Source: a virus
Lineage: Duplodnaviria; Caudoviricetes
Direction: 5' to 3' (one strand)
Virus record (IMG/VR): IMGVR_UViG_3300046495_000080
Span: 1 to 44,779 of that record
Length of the DNA: 44,779 nucleotides
The notes under the pieces are model-generated. The model made no database searches and was not told the origin of the DNA. It saw only the letters and a program-made list of their open reading frames with translations. Within the stretch, counting starts at the first letter, position 1; the number at the start of each line of letters is the position of its first letter. Positions 1 to 7,605 of this stretch are shown piece after piece. A program made the position numbers and the translations under genes.

Positions 1-142
1 TTCGTGAGCGCCACGCTGCGCTCCCTGCTCGGCGGGCAGTTGGCCAGGATGAGCGTCGCCAGGGTGCGCTGCAGGGTCCGGATCTCCTGGTAGCGGTCCG
101 CCTGGTCCCCCTTCACCGGGTGGAACTCGAAGTCGTTCGCCA
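1..142. repeat. Terminal direct repeat, left copy (circular genome or assembly overlap)
   Basis: 1-142 matches 44638-44779 except T127 vs A44764. Confidence 0.95.
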
Positions 143-251
143 GTCTTTTCGCGTCCACCTCTGTGACCGGGTACTCCGTCTTCGTGGGCGGCTCCGGCGG
201 CGTCGGGGCCGTGTCCTGGTACGCGATCGCCTGCCCTTCCGTCGTTGACAT
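1..251 (-). CDS. Acb2/Tad1-like helical-hairpin protein, 5' part (100 aa in total; ends at 44586 across the origin)
   Basis: ATG at 251 with RBS AAGGAGGAG; MSTTEG...NDFEFHPVKGDQADRYQEIR...CPPSRERSVALTKLEEVGFWANASIARNE; GC3-rich codons; missed by the ORF track because it crosses the contig end. Confidence 0.75.
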   Translation of the reverse strand, partial: MSTTEGQAIAYQDTAPTPPEPPTKTEYPVTEVDAKRLANDFEFHPVKGDQADRYQEIRTLQRTLATLILANCPPSRERSVALT

Positions 252-885
252 GCTCTCCTCCTTCGGGTTGGTGCTGCACCGGCCGCCAGGCCGGGGTCTC
301 GTCGCCGTCGTCGCACCCGGGCTCGCGCGGCGCTGCCGCGGCGCGGATGCGCGCCTGCAGCTCGGCCATCCGCTGCTGGGTCTCCTCGTCCGGGGTCCGC
401 TCCGGGAGCTCGGGGTGGCGGGCGCGGGCCGTGGAGAGAGCCCAGGCCGCACGGGCGTCGTCGCCCGCGGGGAGGACCTCGCCGAACCGGCGCATGGGGC
501 CACCGCGCGAGGGGATCACGGCGTCCTCCGGCTGAGCCGCGCCTGCAGCCACGCCAGGACCTGGTCCCGGCGGAAGGTGCGCGGGAAGGCCTTCCGCGCG
601 GCGAGGCGCGCGATCGCTCGGCGGATCAGCTCGGTGAATGAGTCCTGGAAGGTGATGGCCATCGCGGTGCTCCGGGCAGAAGTCGAGGTCCTTCCCCTCG
701 ACGTGCGTTGCGCAGCGGGTGCAGAGCGGGCGGTCGCAGGACTTCCGCCGCGAGCCGATCGGCGCCGGCCCGTCGCAGAGCGCCCCGGCGCCGAGCTCGC
801 CGCAGATGGCGCAGCGCACGCGCCGCGAGCGGCTGCACACGATTCCGGTCACCCCGTCGGGGAACTGGAGGCGCTCGCAGGGCAT
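1..885 (-). CDS. Cys-rich Zn-binding phage protein; frame stays open across the origin to 44230 (430 aa if translated fully)
   Basis: ATG at 885 overlaps the upstream stop (TGATG); CAIC...LCDG...SCDRPLCTRCA...DFCPEH motif; no in-frame stop before 44230. Confidence 0.55.
   Translation of the reverse strand, partial: MPCERLQFPDGVTGIVCSRSRRVRCAICGELGAGALCDGPAPIGSRRKSCDRPLCTRCATHVEGKDLDFCPEHRDGHHLPGLIHRADPPSDRAPRRAEGLPAHLPPGPGPGVAAGAAQPEDAVIPSRGGPMRRFGEVLPAGDDARAAWALSTARARHPELPERTPDEETQQRMAELQARIRAAAAPREPGCDDGDETPAWRPVQHQPEGGEHVNDGRAGDRVPGHGPDAAGAAHEDGVPGHRGGREKTGERLRVPPGEGGPGGPLPGDPDPAAHPGDAHPGQLPAEQGAQRGAHE
516..662 (-). CDS. Small basic hypothetical protein (48 aa), nested out of frame
   Basis: GGAG 7 nt before ATG; MAITFQDSFTELIRRAIARLAARKAFPRTFRRDQVLAWLQARLSRRTP; GC3-rich codons in this frame only. 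Confidence 0.55.
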   Translation of the reverse strand: MAITFQDSFTELIRRAIARLAARKAFPRTFRRDQVLAWLQARLSRRTP

Positions 886-1196
886 CAGAGCAGGCTCAGC
901 TGGCCGCGCGTCGCCGGCGGCGGAGGAGGCAGTGCCGCCTCGGGCGCGAGCTCGGCGCCGGCGGCGGGGCGGTACAGCGGGGGCGCGTCGGGGCCGAGCG
1001 CCTCCTGCCTCTCCTTGCACCACGAGCACCTGGTGGGTGGCTCCACCGTGGTGACCACGTGGCAGCGCTCGTGCGGGCCATGGGTCCAGGTCACGAGCAC
1101 CGGCCAGCCATCCTGGTGAGGGCGCTCCTGCCCACTCCAGGTCGCGCGGGCCTGCGCGCCGCACACGCGGCAGGTGGCGATCTCGCCGGGCCTCAC
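885..1196 (-). CDS. Hypothetical protein with two CxxC pairs (103 aa)
   Basis: GTGA overlap with upstream gene; CRVC and CSWC; ends GQLSLL, resembling a beta-clamp-binding motif. Confidence 0.65.
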   Translation of the reverse strand: MRPGEIATCRVCGAQARATWSGQERPHQDGWPVLVTWTHGPHERCHVVTTVEPPTRCSWCKERQEALGPDAPPLYRPAAGAELAPEAALPPPPPATRGQLSLL

Positions 1197-1657
1197 CGCG
1201 AAACCCCGTAGCGGCGCTTCGCGGGAGGGAGCGGGTCGGTGGACAGCGCGCGCTCCGGGCTCCAGCCGTACTTCAGCCGCATCCGGATCGTGTTCGCTGC
1301 GATCCCGGTGCGTCGGCCCCACTCCGCGATGGTCCGGGTGTCGCCGTGGAAGGTGAGGAGCACGCAGCTGGAGCGGTGCCCGTTCTGCTCCGTGTTCGTC
1401 GCCCAGCGACAGTTCCCCGGCTCGTAGTTTCCCGAGGCCTCGATCCGGTCCAGCGTCATACCGTCGGGGCGGAGACCCATGTCGCCGAGGAATGCCGAGA
1501 AGCTGCGCCAGCGTTCGCAGACCCGGATCCCCCGGCCCCCGTAGTTCGAGTACTTCGGGTGCTTCTTGCGAGCGCATCGAGCCCACATCGACTGCCAGGA
1601 AACGTAGGTCGGAGAAGGCGTTCCCTGTCCGTCCGTCGACGAGTGTCCGTGGGTCAT
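1193..1657 (-). CDS. HNH-type homing endonuclease (YGGRGI family)
   Basis: PTYVSWQSMWARC...YGGRGIRVCERW..F..F..DMG.RP...TLDRI...GNYEPGNCRWAT; ATGA overlap. Confidence 0.85.
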   Translation of the reverse strand: MTHGHSSTDGQGTPSPTYVSWQSMWARCARKKHPKYSNYGGRGIRVCERWRSFSAFLGDMGLRPDGMTLDRIEASGNYEPGNCRWATNTEQNGHRSSCVLLTFHGDTRTIAEWGRRTGIAANTIRMRLKYGWSPERALSTDPLPPAKRRYGVSR

Positions 1658-2124
1658 GTGGCCTCCGGGTGCTGCGCGCGCTCGAGCGCCAGGGCGCGGT
1701 CCACCTTCAGCGCCTGGGCGGAGTAGGCGCGGTCCAGGACGTGGCGCCGGAAGCGGCGAAGCCACCACACGCGGCTCGGCCGGTTCTCGGTCTTCTCGGT
1801 GTCGCAGAGGGGGCAGAGCATCCAGGTGCCTTCGACGCTCTCCTCCCGGGCCCGGCCCCAGAAGTGGTCCCAGTGCAGGGCGGCGCCCCGGCGCGCGCCG
1901 CAGGCCTCGCAGCACCCGCCCGCTCGCCGCGCGACCTCGGCGCGGATCGCCTTCCGGTCAGCGCGCGCGTCCGAGGCCTCGCCAGCGCGCCGCGCGTCGA
2001 CGTGCGCGACGCTGGCGATCGGCGTCTTGACCACCGGCGCGCGGTCCCAGTCGGCCACGATCGCCTGGGCTTCCTCGTCGCCGGCGTCGGCGAAGCGGCG
2101 GACGCAGCGCTCGGTGCGGTTCAT
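1654..2124 (-). CDS. HNH endonuclease-like protein (156 aa)
   Basis: CEACG...LHWDHFWGR...WMLCPLCD; ATGA overlap, RBS GGAGG. Confidence 0.75.
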   Translation of the reverse strand: MNRTERCVRRFADAGDEEAQAIVADWDRAPVVKTPIASVAHVDARRAGEASDARADRKAIRAEVARRAGGCCEACGARRGAALHWDHFWGRAREESVEGTWMLCPLCDTEKTENRPSRVWWLRRFRRHVLDRAYSAQALKVDRALALERAQHPEAT

Positions 2125-2315
2125 GCGCCCTCCATCGCCGGGCTGAGGCCAGCCCGGGCCAGCCGCGCGCGGCGGGTGCGCTGGTAGGCGGCGCTGGACG
2201 GGGCGCCGAGCCGCCGCGGCGCGGCCGGGCGGCAGCGATCGCAGAGGCCGAGGGGCTTCATCACCCGGCGAGGGCAGGCGCGGCCGGCCAGGAGCCCGGT
2301 GCAGAGCCGGATCAC
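2121..2315 (-). CDS. Small Cys-containing hypothetical protein
   Basis: Start/stop overlaps on both sides; C..C..CDRC. Confidence 0.55.
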   Translation of the reverse strand: MIRLCTGLLAGRACPRRVMKPLGLCDRCRPAAPRRLGAPSSAAYQRTRRARLARAGLSPAMEGA

Positions 2316-2557
2316 GGGCACCCCCTCGCCACCCAGGCGGCGTGGGCCCGAGCCGTGGCGCGCGCGAGGGCCTCTTCCGCCCGCTGGACGCCCGGCGAGC
2401 CGCCCAGCCGTCGGACCAGCTCCTCGCCGCAGACGGGGTCATGGGGCTCGACGAAGAGGTTGGCCAGGCAGGTGGGGCAGCTCCGCTGCACCGCCGGCCG
2501 CGGGGGCAGGAGGCGCAGGCCTGACGGCTCCAGCTCGGCGAGGGCGGCGGGGCTCAT
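2312..2557 (-). CDS. Hypothetical protein (81 aa)
   Basis: ATGA overlap; CPTC...H..C motif. Confidence 0.6.
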   Translation of the reverse strand: MSPAALAELEPSGLRLLPPRPAVQRSCPTCLANLFVEPHDPVCGEELVRRLGGSPGVQRAEEALARATARAHAAWVARGCP

Positions 2558-2787
2558 GCGCCCCTCGCCGCGCGGAGGGCCGCGCCGATCGCACTGTGCA
2601 GGGTCTGGCCGGTGAAGCGGTCGACGCCGGAGCCGTTCGGCTTCACGTCCTCCAGGAGGACGCCGTCCTCGAGGACGTCGACGAAGACCAGGCCGGCCTC
2701 GGACCGGCCCCACCCCAGGTAGCGGTGGCCGACGAGCTGCTCGAGCTCGGCGAGGCGACAGAGGTGGTGGGCGTCGAGGCCGCGCAT
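2554..2787 (-). CDS. Hypothetical protein (77 aa)
   Basis: Tightly packed in the leftward operon; GC3-rich codons. Confidence 0.65.
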   Translation of the reverse strand: MRGLDAHHLCRLAELEQLVGHRYLGWGRSEAGLVFVDVLEDGVLLEDVKPNGSGVDRFTGQTLHSAIGAALRAARGA

Positions 2788-2789
2788 GG

Positions 2790-2984
2790 CTACCGGACCT
2801 TCCGCTCGGCGGCGAGGCAGTCGCGGAGGGACTGGATGGCCTCGCCGTGTTCGAGCTGGAAGGTCAGGGCCAGCCGGCGAGCGCGGTCCGCCTTGAGGAG
2901 GGAGGCGAGGAGCCCGCGGGCGGCCTCGAGGGCGGCCATCCGCACCAGCTCGGCGCGGTCGATGCGGAGGACGACGCTAGCCAC
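2790..2984 (-). CDS. Hypothetical helical protein (64 aa)
   Basis: Overlaps the ParB stop; GC3-rich codons. Confidence 0.65.
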   Translation of the reverse strand: MASVVLRIDRAELVRMAALEAARGLLASLLKADRARRLALTFQLEHGEAIQSLRDCLAAERKVR

Positions 2985-4566
2985 GGCGCGCCCCCTTCTT
3001 CTTCGTGGGCTTCGCCGGCTCGGCCGCCGGCGCCTTCGCCTTGGCGGCGAGCTCGGCCTTCACCTCGGCGGTGAGCTGCTTCTCGTTGATGCCGGCGAGC
3101 TCGCGGATCTGGTCGCGCAGCTCGCCGTACCGGAGGTGGACGGAGAGCACCATGGTCAGCGCCAGGGCGCGGAGTTCGGTGCTGTCGAGCTTGGCGAGGA
3201 TCTCGCGGTGGCGCCTCAGCTTCGCGGTGTAGTCCTCCTTCTCCGGCGGCGGGTACAGGTCGTCGAGGACACCGTCGTCCGTCTGGTCGATCTCGGCCGC
3301 GGCCAGGTACCAGGTCCCGGCGTCATTCACGCTCCGGCGGCACGCCTCGAGAAGCTTCGCCACCATCCGCTTGCTGACGGCGTCCTCGAGCGCGCGGGAG
3401 GCCTTCACTTCGACGGAGCTGCTCCTCGCGCGGCTGGGCGACCGCTCCACCTTGAAGTCGTGCCCGGCCGCCTTCAGCAGCTTCGCCGTCGCGGCCTTCG
3501 GGACAAGCTCGTGCACGTTGCCCTGCGCGTCGCGGGCGAGGACGACCTGGTCCTTGGCCACCTTCCCGACGAGCGTCTTCCAGGGCCGGTACTTCGGGTC
3601 GCGGCTGCAGTTCTCGTCGAGCTTCACGTACTCGCTGGCGTAGGAGCAGGCCTTCTTGGCAGCCTTGCCCTCGAGGACCTCGAGCCCCTTCGCCTTCTGC
3701 GCGCTCGCGCGCCGGCTCCAGGTCTCGTCCGCCTTCGCCCGGTAGCAGCTCGGGTCGGTGCAGAGCTCGCCGTCCTGCTTCGAGACGTCGGCGAAGAGTT
3801 CGGGCTGCGCGCCGGACCTCTTCGGGCAGGTCTTGCAGGGCCCGGCGCCGGGTGCGAGCGTCGCGTCGTCCTTCGAGAACGGCGCCTCGGAGAGGCGGAG
3901 CATGTGATTCCGCACCGCCCAGCTCACCTCGTGGCTGCCCCAGGCCTCGTCGTCCCCGCCGCGACCGCTGAGGTCCTTCAGCACCAGGCGCTGCACGCCG
4001 TGGTCGGGGATCCGGGCGACGAGCAGCGCCGAGCTGGCGGTGAACCGGCCCTTGTAGAACGCCGCCCGAGCCTCCTTGCAGAGGGAGAGCAGCTTCATCC
4101 GGCCGTAAACGTAGCCGGTGGACTTGCCCACCTTCGCGGCGAGCTCGTCGACGGAGTACTCGGCCTCACCGGACTGGCGGAGGGCCTCGAACCCCTCCGC
4201 CTCCTCCATCGGGTGGACGTCCTGCCGCTTCGAGTTCTCGACGATCTGGATCTCGAGCGCCTCGGTGGCGCCGAGCTCGCGCACCATGGCGGGGATGGCC
4301 TCGAGGCCGGCGAGCTTCGCGGCGCGGAACCGGCGGGCCCCGAAGACGAGCTCGAGGAGGTTCCCGTTCATCCCCTCCGGCGAGGCGGCCGGGCGGCAGA
4401 GGATGGGCTGCAGCACGCCGCGCTTCTTCAGGTCCTCGGCGAGGTCCTCGATGTCGGTGAAGGTCTTCCGGGGGTTGGTCGGGCTCTCGATGATCCGGGT
4501 GAGCGGGACGAGTTCGACGATGGCGTGGGGGGCGGCCGCAGCGGCCGGGGCGACGAGTCTGGGCAT
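2977..4566 (-). CDS. ParB/Spo0J-family protein
   Basis: NPRK...LAEDLKKRGVLQPIL...FGARRFRAAKLAGL..IPA...ENSKRQDVHPMEEA followed by an HTH (VDELAAKVGKS..YVYGRMKL). Confidence 0.9.
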   Translation of the reverse strand: MPRLVAPAAAAAPHAIVELVPLTRIIESPTNPRKTFTDIEDLAEDLKKRGVLQPILCRPAASPEGMNGNLLELVFGARRFRAAKLAGLEAIPAMVRELGATEALEIQIVENSKRQDVHPMEEAEGFEALRQSGEAEYSVDELAAKVGKSTGYVYGRMKLLSLCKEARAAFYKGRFTASSALLVARIPDHGVQRLVLKDLSGRGGDDEAWGSHEVSWAVRNHMLRLSEAPFSKDDATLAPGAGPCKTCPKRSGAQPELFADVSKQDGELCTDPSCYRAKADETWSRRASAQKAKGLEVLEGKAAKKACSYASEYVKLDENCSRDPKYRPWKTLVGKVAKDQVVLARDAQGNVHELVPKAATAKLLKAAGHDFKVERSPSRARSSSVEVKASRALEDAVSKRMVAKLLEACRRSVNDAGTWYLAAAEIDQTDDGVLDDLYPPPEKEDYTAKLRRHREILAKLDSTELRALALTMVLSVHLRYGELRDQIRELAGINEKQLTAEVKAELAAKAKAPAAEPAKPTKKKGARRG

Positions 4567-4580
4567 GGTGGTCTCCGGGG

Positions 4581-4670
4581 AGGGCCCGACCTCTCGGGCC
4601 CTGCCTCGTTCCCAGCCGGCGGAGGGGGGGGGATCCGTGCCGGCGAGGCGCCGAGGCAGGGCGCCGAGAG
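4581..4670 (-). promoter_or_regulatory. Structured intergenic leader upstream of the ParB gene (alternative hairpins, C9 loop)
   Basis: 4591-4608 pairs with 4652-4670; competing stem 4581-4602; G9 run at 4624-4632. Confidence 0.45.
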
Positions 4671-4683
4671 ACGGGGTTCGGGG

Positions 4684-5667
4684 TTAGCCTTCGGAACCGG
4701 GCTCGGGGTCGTCGCCGGGCTGGTGCGTCGCGGCCGGGGCGGGCTGCCGGGGCGCGTTGGCGCGCTCCCGGGCGGCCTTGAGCTTCTCCTTCACGCCGGC
4801 GGTGCGCGTCGCCGCGGCGTCCGGCGCCATCCCGTCGACGGTCCGCTCCCAGCGCGCGTCGAGGACCTCGCGCCAGGTCGTCTCGCCGTCCTTGATCGCG
4901 GTGCCGATGCCGCGGAGCTCGTCGATCTCCACCGGCGTCATCGTGTCGGTGGCGTGGCCGAGCCACTCCTTCAGCTGCTCGACCGAGACCCCCACCATGC
5001 GGAAGGCGTCGAGCAGCTTCTTCTTCGCGGCATCCGGGTCCGCCGCGTCGGTCCGCTCGCGGATGGCGCGGATCACGGTCATGCACTCGTCGACGAGCCA
5101 GCCCGGGACGAGCCGGAGGCCGGTCGTGCGAAGCGCCTTCGAGACGAGGGCGTTCTCGGTGTTGAGCATCTCTTCGTCGGAGGCGGCCACGAGGTAGGTG
5201 GTCCGGTTGCGGCTGTTCGTCCTCGAGGAGATCGGGACCTGCCCGTCGCGCAGAGAGGTGCGCTCCACGCGCTTCAGGATCGTCACGTCCTTCGAGTGGG
5301 TGACGTTCGTCTCCATGTCGGAGACGGTGACGCGCAGGATCCGCTTCTCGGCGTCGTCGTAGATGGCGGGCGTGTCGATCGCGAGGTTCCCCATCGCCTG
5401 GATGGCCGCCTCGGCGAAGCGGATGCTCGGGCCCTCGACGCCCTCGCCGATCGGCTTGTAGTAGATGGCCACCGCGGCGAACGAGGGGCGCTGGCACTCG
5501 CGCATGAGCCTGGAGCGGACCACGTCCAGGTCCCGCGGCTGGATGCGGGCGATCTCGAACCGGGCGGAGACGAGGGCCTTCGCCTGGGCGGCGAGGACGG
5601 TGGAGGCGGTCTCGCCGGAAGGGGCGAGGGCCTGCGGGGTGGCGGGAACGATGCCGGTGCTGGCCAT
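4684..5667 (-). CDS. Putative ssDNA-annealing recombinase partnered with YqaJ
   Basis: Directly downstream of YqaJ; PRD...C.R..FA..A.Y.KP...EGPSIRFAE pattern seen in phage recombination partners. Confidence 0.65.
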   Translation of the reverse strand: MASTGIVPATPQALAPSGETASTVLAAQAKALVSARFEIARIQPRDLDVVRSRLMRECQRPSFAAVAIYYKPIGEGVEGPSIRFAEAAIQAMGNLAIDTPAIYDDAEKRILRVTVSDMETNVTHSKDVTILKRVERTSLRDGQVPISSRTNSRNRTTYLVAASDEEMLNTENALVSKALRTTGLRLVPGWLVDECMTVIRAIRERTDAADPDAAKKKLLDAFRMVGVSVEQLKEWLGHATDTMTPVEIDELRGIGTAIKDGETTWREVLDARWERTVDGMAPDAAATRTAGVKEKLKAARERANAPRQPAPAATHQPGDDPEPGSEG

Positions 5668-5670
5668 GGG

Positions 5671-6681
5671 CTACTCCTTCGGCGCCGCGGCGAGGCGGAG
5701 CACCCGCGCGCCGGGCTTGGTGGTGGTGAAGTCCTGGACGACCTTGGCCCACAGGGCGCGGGCCCGCTCGCGGCCGAAGCCCTCCTCCTCGAGGAGGCAG
5801 AGGAAGCCCTCGACGGCGTGCTCCACGTCGAACTTCGTCCCGTCCTTGTTCGCCTTCCAGGTGCAGAGGCCCTCGAACCCGAGCGCCTCGCCGAGGGCGG
5901 CCTTCACGAGCTGCGCGGCGAGGGCCTCCTCCGCCTCGGCCGCCTTCAGGACGGCGCGCGCCTCGCGAAGGCGCTTCGCCATCGCGGCGGCCTCCGGGGT
6001 GGCCGGGAGGAGCGGCGCCTTCTCGCGGGCGAAGCGCTTCGAGAGGAAGTCGCCGTAGGAGTCGGAGCCGTCGACCGCGGGCGGGACGCCAGCGACAACG
6101 TGGTCCGTCCAAAAGCGCTCGGCCGCCTCGATGAGCATCCCGCCGAGTTCGCGGTCTCGGTGGATGGGGTACGGCCGGTAGTCGCCGTTCACCAGGGCGA
6201 CGAGCTCGGCCTCCTCGACGTTGCAGACTTCCTCCTGCCACTGGACCTGGAGAAGGTGGCGCTCCGGGACCTCGTCCTCACCCTCGCCGTACTCCTTCGC
6301 GGAGAAGAAGACGGTCTTGATCTCCAAGAGGGAGAGCCACTGCTCGCGGGGCGGGCGCCCCAGGCCGGCCGGCGCGACGACTCGGTCCGGCGACGCGAGC
6401 GCGATGGGGTGCTCCGGGTGGCGGAGGGTGCCCGGGGTGTAGACGCGGAGGCCGGGGTGCCGCTCCGCCCACGCCTCGCCGATGACCCGCTCGATGCGGT
6501 GGCCGAACTCGGTGAGGCTGTTCCCCTCGAAGGGATCCGCCTGCCCGGTCTTCTCGAGCCACACGTCGATCGGCTTCTTGGTCGGGTGCGCGCCGACGAT
6601 GGCGGCGATCTCCGATGCGCCGATGCCCTGCATCCGCATCGCCTGCTGCTTCTCGCTGAGTCCCAGCTTCGTGGTGGCCAT
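5671..6681 (-). CDS. YqaJ-like viral recombinase/exonuclease
   Basis: GIGASEIAAIVG...VWLEKTG...GHRIE...ASPD...LEIKT...QVQWQ. Confidence 0.92.
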   Translation of the reverse strand: MATTKLGLSEKQQAMRMQGIGASEIAAIVGAHPTKKPIDVWLEKTGQADPFEGNSLTEFGHRIERVIGEAWAERHPGLRVYTPGTLRHPEHPIALASPDRVVAPAGLGRPPREQWLSLLEIKTVFFSAKEYGEGEDEVPERHLLQVQWQEEVCNVEEAELVALVNGDYRPYPIHRDRELGGMLIEAAERFWTDHVVAGVPPAVDGSDSYGDFLSKRFAREKAPLLPATPEAAAMAKRLREARAVLKAAEAEEALAAQLVKAALGEALGFEGLCTWKANKDGTKFDVEHAVEGFLCLLEEEGFGRERARALWAKVVQDFTTTKPGARVLRLAAAPKE

Positions 6682-7107
6682 CTACCTCTCCTTTCGCTTC
6701 ATGGTCAGGGCTTCTGCGGCGCTCATCCGGGACAGTCGCCCGCGGAGCGCCTGCTTCGTGATCCCGAGCCGCGCTGCCCAGTCGGTCTGCGTCATCCGAA
6801 GGCCGGCGTGCTCGAGGTAGACGTTCTGGCGGGTGTTGCGACGCTGCTCCGGAGCGGAGGCCCACCGGCAGTTGCTCGGCTCGTAGCCCCGGTCGTTGTC
6901 GATGCGGTCGAGGCTCGTGCGCGGCGGGCGCTCACCCATGTCGGCGACAAAGTTCTCGAAGGAGCGCCACCGTGCGCACACCGTGATGCCGCGGCCGCCG
7001 TAGTTCTCCCAGGCGTGGTGCCGCTGGCTGGTGCAGCGCTCGACCATGTGCATCCAGGTCCGGTAGGTCGGCGTGCGCGGCGAGGAGTGGCCGTGTCCAG
7101 TGGGCAT
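6682..7107 (-). CDS. HNH-type homing endonuclease (YGGRGI family), paralog of 1193-1657
   Basis: PTYRTW..M..RC...YGGRGITVCARW..FENF..DMGERP...SLDRIDND.GYEPSNCRWA. Confidence 0.85.
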   Translation of the reverse strand: MPTGHGHSSPRTPTYRTWMHMVERCTSQRHHAWENYGGRGITVCARWRSFENFVADMGERPPRTSLDRIDNDRGYEPSNCRWASAPEQRRNTRQNVYLEHAGLRMTQTDWAARLGITKQALRGRLSRMSAAEALTMKRKER

Positions 7108-7109
7108 GG

Positions 7110-7301
7110 CTAGACCTCCAGTGCGGCTTCGGCTGTGGTGTCGTACGGGCCCGGCGGGTCAGCCGGGTACATGAGGGACTCGGTGCGGAAGACGTCGCCG
7201 GCGGCGTCGAAGTGCTCGACCATCTCGGCGAGCTCGCGGAGCACGCTGGTGCTGGACCAGTGCTCCCCGCCGATGGTCCCGTAGCGGCCGACGGCGCTCA
7301 C
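7110..7301 (-). CDS. Hypothetical protein (63 aa)
   Basis: GTGA overlap with upstream gene; GC3-rich codons. Confidence 0.6.
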   Translation of the reverse strand: MSAVGRYGTIGGEHWSSTSVLRELAEMVEHFDAAGDVFRTESLMYPADPPGPYDTTAEAALEV

Positions 7302-7492
7302 CGGTGCGCTCCAGCGAAGAGGACGGCTCCGTTCGGCCGCGGCGCGCCGGCGGTGACGCCGAACGAGCCGCAGAACGGGCACTCGGGGAGGTCGACCCCG
7401 GGAGCCGCCGTCCAGGTGCGGCCGCAGTCGACGCAGCGCGCCTTCGCCTGGAAGGCGGGCTGCGGGTGGTGGGGCTTCTTGCTGGTGGCCAT
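7298..7492 (-). CDS. Zinc-ribbon protein, first gene of the leftward operon
   Basis: CVDC...CPFC; RBS GGAGGGGAG. Confidence 0.7.
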   Translation of the reverse strand: MATSKKPHHPQPAFQAKARCVDCGRTWTAAPGVDLPECPFCGSFGVTAGAPRPNGAVLFAGAHR

Positions 7493-7528
7493 CGCGCTCC
7501 CCTCCGTCTCGTGCTGCGAACGGAGGGG

Positions 7529-7564
7529 AGCCTAGCGAGTGCTAGATGACGTTGCAAGTGCTAG
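7529..7564 (-). promoter_or_regulatory. PL-like sigma70 promoter overlapped by two operators
   Basis: Minus strand TTGCAA(7557-7552)-17 bp-TAGGCT(7534-7529); operators CTAGCGAGTGCTAG 7532-7545 and GTTGCAAGTGCTAG 7551-7564. Confidence 0.75.
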
Positions 7565-7605
7565 GAGACGGAATCGTGGAACCCAGGAACACCACGAGGG
7601 TTTCG

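Noticed and set aside
2299-7113. 1604-aa plus-strand ORF
   Set aside because: Antisense shadow of ParB, annealase, YqaJ and HNH genes; long stop-free antisense frames are expected at this GC, and it has no motifs.
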